Shown: positions 11,212 to 26,200 of the stretch, one piece after another | Position numbering within the stretch: position 1 is the stretch's first letter | Layout: every line of letters begins with the position of its first letter | Assembly: GCF_037042905.1 (NCBI RefSeq) | Contig: NC_087251.1 | Coordinates: forward strand, 13,518,001-13,582,000 | From: Lytechinus pictus | Lineage: Eukaryota | DNA: 64,000 bases | Direction: 5' to 3' | The notes under the pieces: generated by a model | The model's database searches: none | What the model was told of the DNA's origin: nothing | The model's input: only the letters and a program-made list of their open reading frames with translations | Program-made: the position numbers and the translations under genes

Positions 11212-14200
11212 GTATATGTTTCCAGGTGTTATAGTTTGTGGTCTTATAAAGAGTACAAAAACAGAAAAAAAATAAAACTGAAGTAAGAGTTTTTGAAAAG
11301 ATGAATGAATGGGGAGGGGGGGGGGGGGGTGGAGACGAGGATATGAAATGTGAAATAGAGTTGCCATCACTTTATAAAACCCCTTAGAAATAACCTTTAT
11401 CATTTGATGGCCTACACATATATTAGCAACAACATATAGGCTGTATGTTCATTTTGAAGGTATTTTTCCATTACAATGTACTAAGGTTATCAGTTTATTT
11501 TAAATGCATTTGAATTGGGGTAGATAATAATTTGTTTGGCACTTCATATGGATGTTTGAATATATGCAGGTGGGCTTGCGAGGTAATAAAAGCAACCAAT
11601 CTATTCACAGTACAGCAGATTTTATAGATATATTGCTATAACTATATGTTAAAGAAATAATGCTATGTTCTAATTTTTACAGGGTGCACCGCTTCCTCCA
11701 ATACCAAGACCTCCATCAGGTAGCAGAGTATCTGGTCCTGGTAACACCATTAGGACCACGTTCTTCAAGAGGGATCAGACAAGAATCAGGGTTAGACGTC
11801 AGATGGCAAAGAAGAAGGAGAGTGAGGAAGGGGTGCAGAAAGTACCCGAAAGCCCAAAGTAAGTCTTGTTTGTAAACCAATTCGATGATTATAATATGTA
11901 ACTAGGGACTTTTTGCACAGCAATCCGGAATGAATCCTACATCCCACAAATTTTCTTAGAAAATGCAAGTCAAGTCACAAAGAAGTTCTTGTCAAGGGTC
12001 TGTGAATCAAGACAGCAGATTTGTCTTTGGACAAACGACGTAGCTGTACCGGTATTTGCAATTTTTTTGTAAGTTCAGAAAATTTGGATGAAAATGCTGT
12101 TCCGATTGACCGACCGTTGACAAAGACTATTATGATTTGACTTGCATTTTCAAAGGAATTTGTGTGTTGTAGGATTCATTTCACGTCGCTTTGTGAAAAA
12201 TCCCTACTGACGTAATGACTCGGCAATGATAAATCTATATGTCACAAGGAAAAGAAGCTGTTTCCAGTAAAGATGATTTGGTCTTTGATTAAAGTGTTAT
12301 TAATTTTTCTGTTAAGTCCATATTTCAACATCTTATCTCAGTTTCTGCAACAATAAGTAGGCCTATACTGTCATTTGATTCTTTGCACTGGCACTTTCCC
12401 ATTGCAAAATTGGGTAGTCTTCACACAGTATTATGATTATTGATCTTACTTCAAATAATTCATTTGTTTTTCCTAATTTTCATTAAAACTAACATTTATC
12501 CACTATGTATGAAAAATGTTAATTAATATGAATGAGAAATTGTTTGTTTTATTCTTGAAATCTTAAATATGAAAAAATAATAATGAATGTAAATGAGAAA
12601 TCATTTGTTATGTTCTTGAAATCCTAAAAAAAACTTATGCAATAACAATACAATGACATGGTTGGATCGCCCATTTCAAAGCTGCTTGCTTAACTGCTTG
12701 GTTCTTTTATGTTGTATGATAACAATTATATATATTAAAAATTAATAAAGCAAAATGGAGTGACTTCATCAAACTACGTTTACAAATTTAATTTTAATAA
12801 AGTTAAACAAAAAGAAGGAAATGTTCTAACAATTGAAAAAATTATTTTCAATAGGGATATAGGAAAAGATCATCTGGTAACTCATGACATGCCTGATGAT
12901 CATCCAGCAAAGACTACCCAAAAGCCCCCTGTACCCACTGTGGCAGCTCCAGATAGTATCATCGAGTACAGGGAATCCCCTCTCCATGACCCTGCAGATG
13001 TCAGAGATCATGAAAGGAGTGCCCCAAGACTCTCAGAAAGCAGACAGCTTGATACAGCAGGAATGGAATCATCCATTGCTCCTCTCTCACCCCTGATGCA
13101 GCTTGCCAAAAAGGAGTTTACCCCTGACCCCTCAGAGGGGTCTGTGAAGAGCCAAGATGCTACCCCCAGGAACATGTCTCCTACAGGTTCTCAAGCAGAT
13201 GCAAGTGCAGTACTGACATATCTACAGACAAATCTCTATGACAACACAGGTAACTCTGCAGATTGGTAGTAAAATATACTGTCCAGGGACTCTCATGGCT
13301 ACAATTCTCAGAGAAAAGTATAGAAATATCTATTTGAGATTGAAATAATAACTGTCAGTATTATTACAATATGAAACATCTGTACCACTATTTACCTATA
13401 CAAATATCAACGTTATAAATTGAATATTTGGATAAGTGAAGGCATTTTTTAAAAGAATAGATCATAGGCCTCTATATTACATCTTCTATGTTGACTTTTG
13501 CCTAACTTAAAAAATTCATGTGAACTAGAGGAGATTTAATTTTGCCATATTCACCTGTATTTTAGTCCATAGCTCAGTGTGATAAAGTCTAGTGCCCTCA
13601 AGCTGCTCTGTTCACTGGCAAACCATGTGACTTCATTTAGAAATCATATAAAACATTTCTATCTAGATTTCTCCAATTTTCTGAAATCTTGATCATAACT
13701 ATTGATTTATGGTAAATATCCTTATTTTGATTTACATAGCCCCTGCTGTGGACAGCCTTAGCTATCATATTAGGAAGATGCGCCGTGATCTAGGTCTTGT
13801 TATAGACCTTCCTCGTCATGGACCAGGGGTCAAGGAGGTCATTCCTACTCTTGAGATGAAGTTACAAGAGCCAGAGAAGGTAATTCATCATAAAATCTTT
13901 ATTTTATTGTCAATTGTTTGCTGTTATATTGCCTTTCTGAAATTCACTGGAAAGTGATTAACAAGTTACTTTGAATATAAAAATTAAGTTTTTCGCAATT
14001 TGTGGTGTAATATTGTAATGCCCCCCCCCAAAAAAAAAATTGTAGCCCTGCCAAGAGCAAACCCCTACATTAAAGATAATTGCAAAACAATAAATTTGTA
14101 TTTTCACTTTTCAGATGTTTTAATTAAGATAAAAATGTTTGAATTGCAACATTTGTATTGCTGATTTCAATCTATAGGACTCTGAGCCATGAATATATGA

Positions 14201-17200
14201 AAGAAGGCAATTTTATTATACCAGGGGCGGATCCAGGATTTTCCAAAAAGGGGGAGGGGCACATTTTCTTGAGGAAAAATTTGACAAGCAAAAAAAAAAA
14301 AGGTCCTCACTTTTAAAGGGGGGGGGGGGCAAACTTCTGTTTTGACAGCATTTTTATATTACAAATTTTAATTGTGCCTCTCAAAAGGGGGGGGGGGGGC
14401 ACGTGTCGGCTTTGCCCCCCCCCCCCTGAATCCGCCATTGCCTCATACTTTCATTCTATGAGCAGAGTTACAGCAAACGTGAAATAAATATGTCAATTTC
14501 ATAATTAAATGCTGATTTTTTTCTGTAATTCTAGTTTATATTTAAAACAAAAAGAAGAAAGATAGTAAACCTGTAAAAAACAAGCTGTAATACCTATTTG
14601 GTGACAACGATCCATTCAATAGAAGTGTGATTATGTGTGATTTAGTGCTATATTGTAATATACATGTACATAGTTTAACCATACTTCAGACAATCTTGTA
14701 TTTACCTCATGTGCTTGAAATGTAATATCATACAACTCAGACCCAGGATGGTGTGCGAGAATATTTAGAGGTACAGTATAAAGTGATATGCTGTTATCCC
14801 TAATAGCTAGTCCCTTTAACTTTGTTATTTCTTGACTCAGTGTTATGAAGAGGTGTGATTGATCCAATCAGTCTCAATCATGGAAAGCCATAATATCAAT
14901 GTCATTGTTCTTTATTAAAGTGTGTCTCCACTGTTGACAAAAGGAAGAGATTTTACTTATTGGTCTAAACAGTGCTGCTTTCAAGATAATTCTGTTTTAG
15001 CGTTCCATAGTTGAGATTGATTGAATCAATCACAGCTCTATGTTAGAAGTTTTCTTGTCCTGCGTCGTGTACTGCTTGTAAGACAATAGAATGTTGCAAT
15101 CCACTAAAAAAATGCTAATTTTCTAATTGAAAATGAATCATCATTACCACCAAGGAATTTTGGTAAAGTAGGGAATATTTTATAAGATAGATTTAAAAAA
15201 TCTATGAAATTGATCAGTAGATATTTGAAAATTGTGCAACATTCTTTTGTTTGTTTTTGGTTTGTTTCTATCTTGACTCCTCTATTATGTACATGTAGTT
15301 TAGTTAGACACTTGCTCTATTTATAAAATTATATATAGTGTGATTGTAGAGATTTTTTGGACTGTTTGTTGCTGTCTCTAGCATTTGATTTAGATAGAAA
15401 GAATGTAGCATTTAGTTATGCTTTTCCCAAATCACCAACTCGAAATCTAAATTCATTTGTATTTTAAAGTTTTTAATTTAGTTCAATTTTTATTTTGAAG
15501 TTGCAAAGAATTGGTGGTTAATGATCTATTTATTTGAAGTTGTTTTATAGAATATTACATGAAAATTGAGCTTGGTTTTTCAGATGAATCTCATCATTTC
15601 CGTCCTAGTTAGGTCATGGACCTATTACAAATGAACATTCAACGAATCCCCTCCTTTCGGCCGAAGACCGTCACCGCTAATCCTTTTATAAACAGAGCTC
15701 TGTTGAAGTATATTCTATGTTTTCTTTCTTCCTTGGCGTATTCTTTTCAATTCTCTTTTTCAACGCTCTTTCCTTTTTTCTCTTCTTGAAAAGTGGTTCA
15801 TAAGGTAGTTTGAAACCCTTGAGTTTCCATTGGAATCCAATGGTATTTCAGATACATGTAAATTTGTAATGAGTGGTATTTCATTATTCAATATGTATTA
15901 TATAAATTAGTGTTTTTATATTTTTTCTGGAAAGAGGCTGCGTACTATCTTCAAAGTTACCTGAATCATACTTTCAGCTTATGCAAAATACTCGCAAATA
16001 CAGAACATTTAAAGAAAGGTTCTTTTGCTTCATTCCTAGGAACATAGAGACAAAGATTTAATGTCTTGGTCATTATATTGACGTTTGAACTTTTCATGAC
16101 TGAATTATTGTTTTGAATACTTCATGATGAAAAGTAAGCAGTAAACGATAGTCTCAATTTCAAAACAGCCTTAATAATGATGAAGATATTTTACCTGCCA
16201 CAAAAGTTATTTTAGTTCAATTATAAATATGGAGTGATGATCTTGAAAACAAAATAGATGTCAACTCTTTTCAAAAAATCAAAGGAGCAAAACAAAAAAT
16301 AAAGTTTAGTTTTTGTTGTGATCGAGTCTCAATTTTGAGAAGGAACTACATTAAACTGATTGGGAAAGGCTGTTTATGAATCCACACAGGAATTTGTGTT
16401 TGCTGTAAGGTATTGGAATCATCAAAATGATAATTAAGTGTCTCAGTTCTGCTGAGAGTCACATGCACTGCACAAATATAAAACATGTTATGAGACTTTA
16501 CAAAATGGTCGCCTTAACTGTTTCAGATTTATTTTCTGAGGTCATATATGTGAAGGCAATGACAGAGATTACCTTTGCAGAGGAATACTATGAAAGGAAT
16601 TTCATTTTTTTCATCTTTTTCCTACATGTAGCTCATTTCCCTTCAATCTAGTAGTTTTACTTTCAATGAAGTGCAACCACTAAAACTTGTCAGAATTGTT
16701 CATAGCTTCTCATGTTTATCATTTATTAGGGAGAGATCTACCTCTTACATTTTGTTTGCATTCCACTTTATTTTCCATTTGTGTACAGAATGTAGACAGA
16801 TTATATTAGTTTCTCTAGATTGATACTTACTAAAAGATTTCAGTTGTCTGGCCCTTTCCTTGCATTTTTTATTAGACCCTTATCCTTATAGTTTGTAGAT
16901 TGATTTTTCTTGCTGGTATTAAGAATGAAAATGAGAATATAGAAGAAAATGGTATTCACTTTATTTTATACTTTTTAAGGCTATCTATTGTTTCAATGTA
17001 CAGTGGTGATAATTGTCAAATTAAAAATTTTAAAAACATTTTAACTTCATTTGGAGCCCGTTATTGGTATTATGGTAACTTAACCATTCTGTTACTGCAT
17101 GTACCATGAAAACCTTGTTTTTTCATTGACTGCTGAGCCCTGTAACTACGGTACTTACAAATTGCCTTAGTTTATTTCTTTCTGAAGTGGGTCCCATATA

Positions 17201-20200
17201 TTATTCAGTATTTTTTAATTTGCCAAGAAAAAAAACTTATGATCAAATTATTTAGATTACCCGGTAATTCTATATACTAAATGCCATCATTGTGGTCATT
17301 ATACATGTATATTTCATATTATTATACAATATTTTTGTGCAAAATTATCTATATTGTGATATTTTGATTTCTAAATTTACAGGAAATTCCAAAGAACAAG
17401 TCACAGTTTGTCTATGCATTACCCCGAAATCGGCATGATCAAAGAGGGCGCTACAACCCTTATGATCTCCAAGTTGTTTCACCTAACGAGGCCAGAACAT
17501 CCAAACTTCACTTTACTGCCAGCGCAACTTTTGTTACATTGGTGAGTGAGTGATAGAGAATGTAAGAGATTGAAATTCAATGTATGGTAGAAATTTGTGA
17601 AGATCCATGTTTTAAATGTCTCTTTGAGATATGATCACCTTTTTGAAGGGATACAAGATGGACAGTTCATCAGAAAAGAATTTGATATGTTTGATTAAGT
17701 CGGAAAGATTGTTTTGATGACGTTGTACTTTATATGTCTCCAATTTATATGATACATGTATGATGATATGATTATAATACGTTAAATGTTGTTAGATTCA
17801 CTTGGCAAAATGTCATATGATCTTAATATCACATATTCTTTTTCTATTGGTGGTTTTATTTTTAGCATATTGAAGAGGGAGAAAATGAGTATGACGAAAT
17901 CACACCCACAATGCAATGGCAATACGAGAGAAGGCTGTTCTCTGCCATTAATACTCAGTCTGTGTTTGTCAAATTTAGGTAAGTGATTCAATCTCCTTGC
18001 TTAAAAAAAAACAAAAATTGCCTCCCCCTTTAAAGCCAATTTTTAAGATCTCAACTTGTAAGGGGAGTAAAATCTCAAAGAATATTGAGATATTTTGAGT
18101 CCTGATTTTTTTTAATCATTTGGGAAAATATATTCATGAGTTGAAAAGAAACAAGAATGATTGATTTATGTTGATTGAAAAACTGTTAGAGCATGGAAAC
18201 ATTTTTGTATCAATCGAAAAATTTCCCTCATGAATTTGTAATATGTCTTGTTTAAAGTGTTGTACTATTTTGCCTCATGAACAATAGATTTCTTGAGGAA
18301 ACAATCATTTTTTATTCTTTAGAAAGATTTCTGTGAATCAAGATACATTCAAGTTCAGCTTGATGATGATATTGTCTTTTCCTCAATATTATCATCTGTA
18401 TTGTTTTCATCTATGTGCTTTAGGATATGGAAAGCATTCAATGTGTGGAAGATAAATGTCCGGGCAGCTAAGAATGCAACTGCTAAGTAAGTACCTGCCC
18501 ATTTTCCTTCATAAAATTCCATGCCATGTTTTCCAATTTTTGTCTCACCTGCATAGCAGAGTGAGACTATAGGCGCCGCTTTTTCCGATGGCGGCGGCAG
18601 TGGCGGCGTCAACACCAATTCTTAACCGAAGGTTAAATTTTTTAAATGACAGCATAACTTAAAAAGTATATGGACCTAGTTCATGAAACTTGGCCATAAG
18701 GTTAATCAAGTATTACTGAACATCCTGCCTGAGTTTCAGGTCACATGACCATGGTCAAAGGTCATTAAGGGTCAATGAACTTAGACCATGTTGGGGGAAT
18801 CAACATCAAAATCTTAACCTAAGGTTTAGTTTTTTAAATGTCATCATAACTTTTAATAGAAAATATATGGACCTATAGGGACAGTGATTTTCCGCGATCG
18901 CGGAAAACGGACGGAATTCACGGAAAGGGCCTTTTGAAACGGAAAGTGGCATTTCAAACGGAAAATCACGGAAAACGTATTTTCCCTCAAAATACACAGA
19001 ATAGCAACAGAAATTACTCCAAAATCACAACAAAATGAGACTATTAAATGGCCACAAAACCCCAGAAAATACGATCTCACTTCGCTACTATCATGACAAT
19101 TCACACATCGTGACTGCACTCGACATCAGCACACTCGATTGTACCCCTCACCCGTACCGGGCCAGCCGGGTTGGGCTTCACATGCACACATATCGTTCAA
19201 CTACACGGTCGTGTGTTGCTGCCCTCTACGTTTGAAGATGTAACAGCACGATATCGTGGTCTTAAAATCCAAGATGGCGGATTGGCAAAAGCCGTTGACT
19301 GATGATAACGATGTCCAAAAAACCCCAAAATTATCGATGAAATATAATTTCACAGTGAAATAATGCTAATAATGTGAAAGGTGAGGATGTATGCATGCTA
19401 AATTGGTTTGTAAAAATATTTTATGCACCCGCATATATCCGATTAGAACGGATTCTATTGTGTTGGTACAGTAGCAGATACAAATTTTGATCAGTGCGAG
19501 TGTACGTGTTGTGATTTTGCTATTCAACGTGTAAACGGAATTGTCACTTTTCCGTGTGTACAAAGTCTATGGGGAAACGGAATTTCCGTTTTCTGACATG
19601 CTGAAACGGAATTTGAGATTTTCTGAAACGGAAAAGGCAATTTATTGAAACGGAAAATCACTGTCCCTAGACCTAGTTCATGAAACATAGACATAAGAGT
19701 AATCAAGTATTACTAAACATCCAGCTTGAGTTTCATGTCACATGACCAAGGTCAAAGGTCATTTTAGGTCATTGAACTTTGGCCATTTTAGAGGTAATTA
19801 TTAGATTGCTGTCATAACTTTCAAAGTTTATAGATATAGTGTATAAAATGTGGATATAGGGGTAATCAAGTATCACTGACAAGTTTTAGGTCACAAGATC
19901 AAGGTCAAATGTTAATGAACGTAGTTTTGTATCATTATATGAATGGTGTTTTTTGTGAATAATTATTTTATAGTAGTTTTCAAAGTCAGCACTGCTGCAT
20001 ATTGAATCGCGTGATGCAGGTGAGACCGCCAGAGGCATTCCACTTGTTATTGCATAAGCACCCTTTTTCCGTACTAAAATATTTCTAATTAAGGTAATCA
20101 CAAATTTTTTTTAATTGGCAATTGAACCTTCAGCACCATGGTTTTCCCCACTTAACAGCACATTTTGAACTTCCAAGAACATTCTCAATCAATATTGATG

Positions 20201-23200
20201 TTTTTATGATACATAAACTTTATAAGGAAAATGCAGCACTGAGAGAAATTTACTTATAATCGTCATCATCATCATCATTATCATTTAATCATCATCTGGT
20301 ACCAGTTGAAGGCACAAGCCTGCATTTCACTGAATCTTCTTGTATGGTCAGTACTGTAAATTTCAACATCATAAGCTTGTGTGGCGATTTATGGAAGCTA
20401 AAAGCTTGTTTTTCCAGTATTTGTCTATGCCTCAATCGAACTGTTATTGATTTGAAGAAAACTTGATCAAAATGGGTGCTAGATTATTCATCATCAATAA
20501 TCAGAAAACCATAATTGTATTTTTCTCCTCTTGAGATCTTGATCCATCCTGCCAAATTATATGGTTAACCACCTAGTACCCACTAGAACCCAGTGGTCCC
20601 TTTATAAAACCTGTATGGATTTGAAGAATAGTAGTCAACAAGTTATTTATTTCTCTTCTTGTAAATCCTAGAACCATTATGAAGAAGCAGTTGTTCACCG
20701 TCAATGAGATACTCCAGCGCTGTCTCCTCTATGTCCGAGCCCAGTGCGAGGCAGCCTGCTGCAGCATGACCGGTCAGGGCACCAGGGAGAAGGCCATTTG
20801 TCTGGTGGCCCTGGACAATCATAAGACATTGACCTTGGGGGAGTTCTGTAAGAACCAGGCAAACCAGTGTGAGACGGCTCATCTACAGTTATCAAGGATG
20901 AGGGAAAAGTTTGTCAAGCTTGCCTGGGAGTGCTGTGTGGTAAGATAAACACTTCAGGGGCCTGTAACACAAAGTATAGCCATCATCATAGAACATTTAA
21001 AAATATTTGCATTGACTACACGATTAATCACCAATCTTTGTGTCAAGGGACCCTGATAATATTCTCATGAAACCTAGGGATTATTAAGACCAAAGAGCAA
21101 CAGCTATTTGCAAATTCAGCAGAACAGATTATTTGATTTTGTAGAGAAAAATGTGTGCTATAAAGTGATAAAAAAATGATTATAAAATGAATTTTTAATG
21201 ATTTTGGATACATAGTCCTTGTCATGAATATTGAATAAATGAGATAAAACCAAGATACAGACTATACAAAATACGACCTATTTGCTAATTTTTTTATCTC
21301 TAGAATATGATCAGTCTGTTAGGGAAAATAAAATCAGTGAAATTAGTCCTTGGTCCATCAAAAATAATCAACATAGAACAAATAGCCATATAGTCAAGTT
21401 ATACTTGATCGCTATTTTGTTGGATTCTGTAGGATTCCTTCTTCAATCGTTTCCTCAACTTATATTATTTTTAATGGTCACACTCAAGCGGTGAATTATT
21501 TTTTGCATGTAATTAATAGAAAGTAGCTGAAATGGAAGGCATCAATCATAAATTTCATCCTGGCATGGGACCACTCACAAAGAAGGTTCAACTGAAGAGA
21601 GACAAAGTGGACAAATCCAAGAAAGATGACAAGAGTAAGAACACCACACCAGCTCCTTGTCTTAATTTGCTTTTAATATTTTAAAGGTTTGCTTTAACAA
21701 ACCAGCTGTTACTGATGTATTTGTAACTTGTTCTGCATACTTAGTAGCTAAGAGAAGATAAAAACACATTTTTTGCTTCGGATATTGCTGCTCTGAATCT
21801 TAATGAAATACAAAGCTAATGGTATTTAGGCAATTTGAAAGAACCAGGATTTAATCTTATGTTTGAATTTTAAAGATACTACTAATATAATATAAATGAC
21901 AGTTATGGATCTAAACCATGTGACCAATTTCATATTTTCCCCTGATAAAAAAGAAAATTTGAGACCCCTTTAAGTTTGAGCCAAGTCAATTTTTGAATAT
22001 GTGAAACTATGTCAATATGTCACCTCTATTTTTCAGGTAATGGTCCCACCTATACCCAGATAGCGCAGTGGCGTGCCATCCTTGGCCGTCTTGCAAAGTT
22101 CCTCCATGCCACAGACTACGTCATCCTGGACCTCCTTCATCGGCTGGTCAAGACCGCTGTCCAATTACTGAGGGAGTTCCTTCAGATGTCCATCTCTACT
22201 GGAGAGGAGCTAGCTCTGAAGGACGAGGGTTCAGACAGCGGGAGTGATGCGGAAGGGGATAGGCCAAAAAAGAAGGCGGGAGGTAAGGATTCAGATGAGA
22301 AGATTTTTTTTTGTTCTTGTTGCAAATGTGACCCAACTTTTTGTTTATATTTAAGTGCATAAAAGTCAGTGTATGGATATGATCAAATAAAAATAATTAT
22401 GTTAATAAAAATAACCTGGAATTAACCAGAAGTTTGATTTAACAACTTTGATAGGGTACATAGATTTTACAAATATATTTTCACAAGGAGAAAATCTTCA
22501 AAAATGAAGGAAATATGGATAATTTAATTCATATGATTAATACTGAACACATCATTATGATTCCTCTTCCTTCCAATATGTTACTCTCAAGGTTTTTCAA
22601 GGAGGCTTGCCACCTTAGACCTGGAAAGTCGATCAAGCACCCCTGAATCAGCCAGACCTGAAGCAGATGAAGGGAGTCACGGCAAGAAGAAGGTCAAAGG
22701 TCAACCAAGCAAACCACCTGCCGAGGTTCCCAAATATGACTTTAACAAGATTGAGGAGAAAGCACAGCCTGTCAATATAGATCAGGTAGGATAGTCTTCA
22801 AAGTCTCAAATTAACCTTTTTGCATGTTTGGTCATGTACACCAGTCTAACAAAAATTTTGAATAGCATTGATATTTTGATGGAAACACTGGTGTCTTGGA
22901 GGCTTTGGTAGTTATAAATCAAATTCTTTATTATTTTAGTGTTTGGAAATTATTGATATTGGTAAATAGACTTGTTTTGTTTCAATGATTACCATTTTGC
23001 CTCTCATGATATGTATTAGTGATCAATGCCCTTTACCTACAACTTAGCCAGGTATTCTGATCTGGGTACCATAACACCATAAGTTTAGCGATTAACCGTA
23101 TGCTTGATTTTCACGATTGATTGTACATTGTAGCCAATGCAATCAATTGTAGAAGACTGTTCTACGATAATTGCTAAGCTTTGTGTTAAGGGCCCCTGAT

Positions 23201-26200
23201 TTGGCACAGGATCTAAGAATTGTAGAAGCTGACTTGGGCTTTGGTTGTTAGTGTTATTAATGGGATTAGCTTCAGGAAAATGCTAGAATTCACAAAAATT
23301 CTTTTTCCTATTTGATGATTTCCAGATTCTAGATGATCTAAAGAGACAAGAGATAGTAGAGATGCCTCCTGATCCTGTCTTCCAGATTCAGCTGGTGCTT
23401 AACGTCCCTCCATTACAGAAACACATGTCTGGTCCTTCGTAAGTTCTATGGCCTTTACAAAACAATATAGTAGGCCTACTATATTCTTAGCCCTCGATAC
23501 ATTGAAATGAGTATACACATTTTAGCTCTGCTATCTGGAATGTATCCTACTGGGTACCCATTGGCAAAGGTAGATTAGTGTCAAGAGTCCTCTCAATCCT
23601 ATCCAGGGGAGCATTTCATGAAGAGCTCAGTCAGTGATTTCCACTGACTAATCTGCTCTCATCCAATCGGATACAAGGATTTCAGTAGCTTTCAACAATA
23701 GTCGGTGAAAATCATTGACTATTTGTTTTATGAAATTCTCCCCAGTTGAAACTTGGTTGTAGCAAAGCTAACACTCTAGCACATAAACCTGTGATCTTCT
23801 TGCGAGGACAGGCCCCATTTCACCCACTGCTACTAGAACCAGATGATCTCTGTACAAAGCCTATAGAAAATACAAATCTCAGTATTCAAAAGGTTAAGAA
23901 AGAAATTTCCTCTAATTAAATTGCAGGAACAAGAAAAGTGGTAAACATACCAGAGATAGAGGAAAGAAGAAGGTTGTTACCTTCCATGAATCTTCAAGCA
24001 GTAGTGACGATGAGAGCAGTTCCAGTGACTCAGATTCAGGTAAATAAAAGTTAAAATTCAGGTGCTTTACCATGACGCCTACAGAAAAGGTAACTATTTA
24101 CCGGCTTGGCTGAATTGTGGTATTTATAATGCTTACCTGATTGGCGCATGTGCTTGGAAGATCAAAAATATAGTCCACTTTAACCCTAAAAGGCCTGGGG
24201 GCGGAATCCGCCCCCCTCTACATTTTTTACAATAAATCCGCCGCACAAAATTTGTCAACTGCGCCGCTCGCTGACTTTTTAGTTTCAAATTTCACACAAC
24301 TTTTGAGACCGAATTTGCGATGCCTGGGTACACGGTTACGAAATTACGCAACATTATGTAAGTGCATGTCAGACCAAAAATTGCTAAAAAACGCGAATTC
24401 ATGTACAAATCCAATGCAAATTGTGTATTTAGCCAAAATTCATGAATGTATCATTATTTTCACTTTAAATGATTAATTTATTAATTTTGCCTTGTTTATG
24501 ATCAGATTTAAGTCTGCAACAATTTCCATGGAAAAACAAAAAGTCGAAAAAAAAAGAAATACACAAGATATTAAAAAAAATTAAAAATACATGAGAAAAA
24601 AATTGCGATACCAAATTTTGTTGAAGTACATTTGATCGGGATCTTACAAAGAGTATGTGAATATAAAATTAGCAGATTTGGGGCAGTATGATAGTTGATT
24701 AGAGCAAATGTTTTATTTCATGCATAAATTAGCATAATTAATTAATTAAATAAAAATCTGATTTTTTAAAGAAAAATTAACCAAACAGCCTTGTAGATAT
24801 CGCACACCACCACCGTTCAAATTTTCGTGGCGATTGTAGGCCGAGATCTCAGGGGAGGGCGGCTCTCTGATGGGTCTCTGACGGCTCTCTGATGGGTCCA
24901 AATATCCCAGCTCTTTTAGGGTTAAACCTTGTCTGCAGGTTTTGTGATTATGCTCTTCCTTTGGCTCATTGCCATCTGGAATCAGTTAGTCCCTGTACAA
25001 AGCCTATGGGAATTATAGAATTTAATAAAAACAGAACACTTGAATAATGAAAATTAGATTAATTCAGTGCATAATTTTGACCCTTTCACCTCAAAAATAA
25101 ATAATAATAATAATAATATGCAACATTTATAAAGTGCTTGATGCAAAGTTTCTAAGCGCTGCAGACTATTACCGCGGCTTTAGCGTGGCTACCCTGATTG
25201 GACGCTTGAGCATTCAAGGAATTCCTTCTTACCGCACACCCATTTACTACACCTGGATGGAGAGTGGTTATGTAGATAAACGCCTTGCCAAAGGATGTCC
25301 TGAAACTTATCCACTGAGCCATAACACCTCTATGTTAATCACATTGATAAATTTTTTAGAAAAAATGATTTAATACAAGTGTTCTCATGATCAGTATGAA
25401 TTAAAATAATGTAGATTGTCCAGGGCTGTAATTTTCCATGTTTCTTTAAAATTTAATGTCTTTTATTGGACCCTTTTATTGTTGATGGTGATTTATCTAA
25501 TTTGAATTGCTAACACAATCTGTCTCTCTTGATCTTTAAGGGCATGAAAGTGAGAGCTCATCATCTTCTTCAGATGAATCCAAAGATGGACGAACCAAAC
25601 AAAAACCATCCAAGAAATATGCCTATCCTGTTGAGTAAGTTATATAACATTACAAGACTGTTCTCTGTAATAATCCAGATAGTCATTTTAACTATAAAAT
25701 ATTATATTCCCTGAAAGAGCAATTTCTCCTCTACCTGCTGTTGAAATATAAAGGCTTGAAATTCAGTAAAAAAATGATATACAAGTATTTATATTAAAAC
25801 TATTTGTTTTATTGCTGAGAGTTGAAACAAATCATTTACAGTATGTTCTTGCATGAGTGAACATCAAACTTTATTCCCATTTTCTCTTGATAATGTGATT
25901 ACCTCTCTCAGAATTTCTTTTAGATTGAATAAAAAGTTGTATTGGTTACAGATTGAAGGATTTTTTTCAAGTGAGGTATCTTGAAAAAAAAAACCCATGA
26001 GGATCTGCTAATTTAGAACCACAGAAATGTAATTATGCCTTTAGATGAACTTCTTATGGGTTTGTGAGGGCCAGTCACATTAAAGTCAATCAAAATAAAT
26101 CATTCAAACATCTTTTTAAGCCTCTTTAATCTTTTTGTATGATATCAAGAAATATTTGTTTATTTCCATAGACATGAAAAGGACACTGATCAGGTACAGA

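Noticed and set aside
15584..15710. Possible extra exon in intron 4 ([31 protein letters not shown])
   Set aside because: The only nearby donor is weak and phase 2, while the flanking exons join in phase 0. Not excluded without RNA data.
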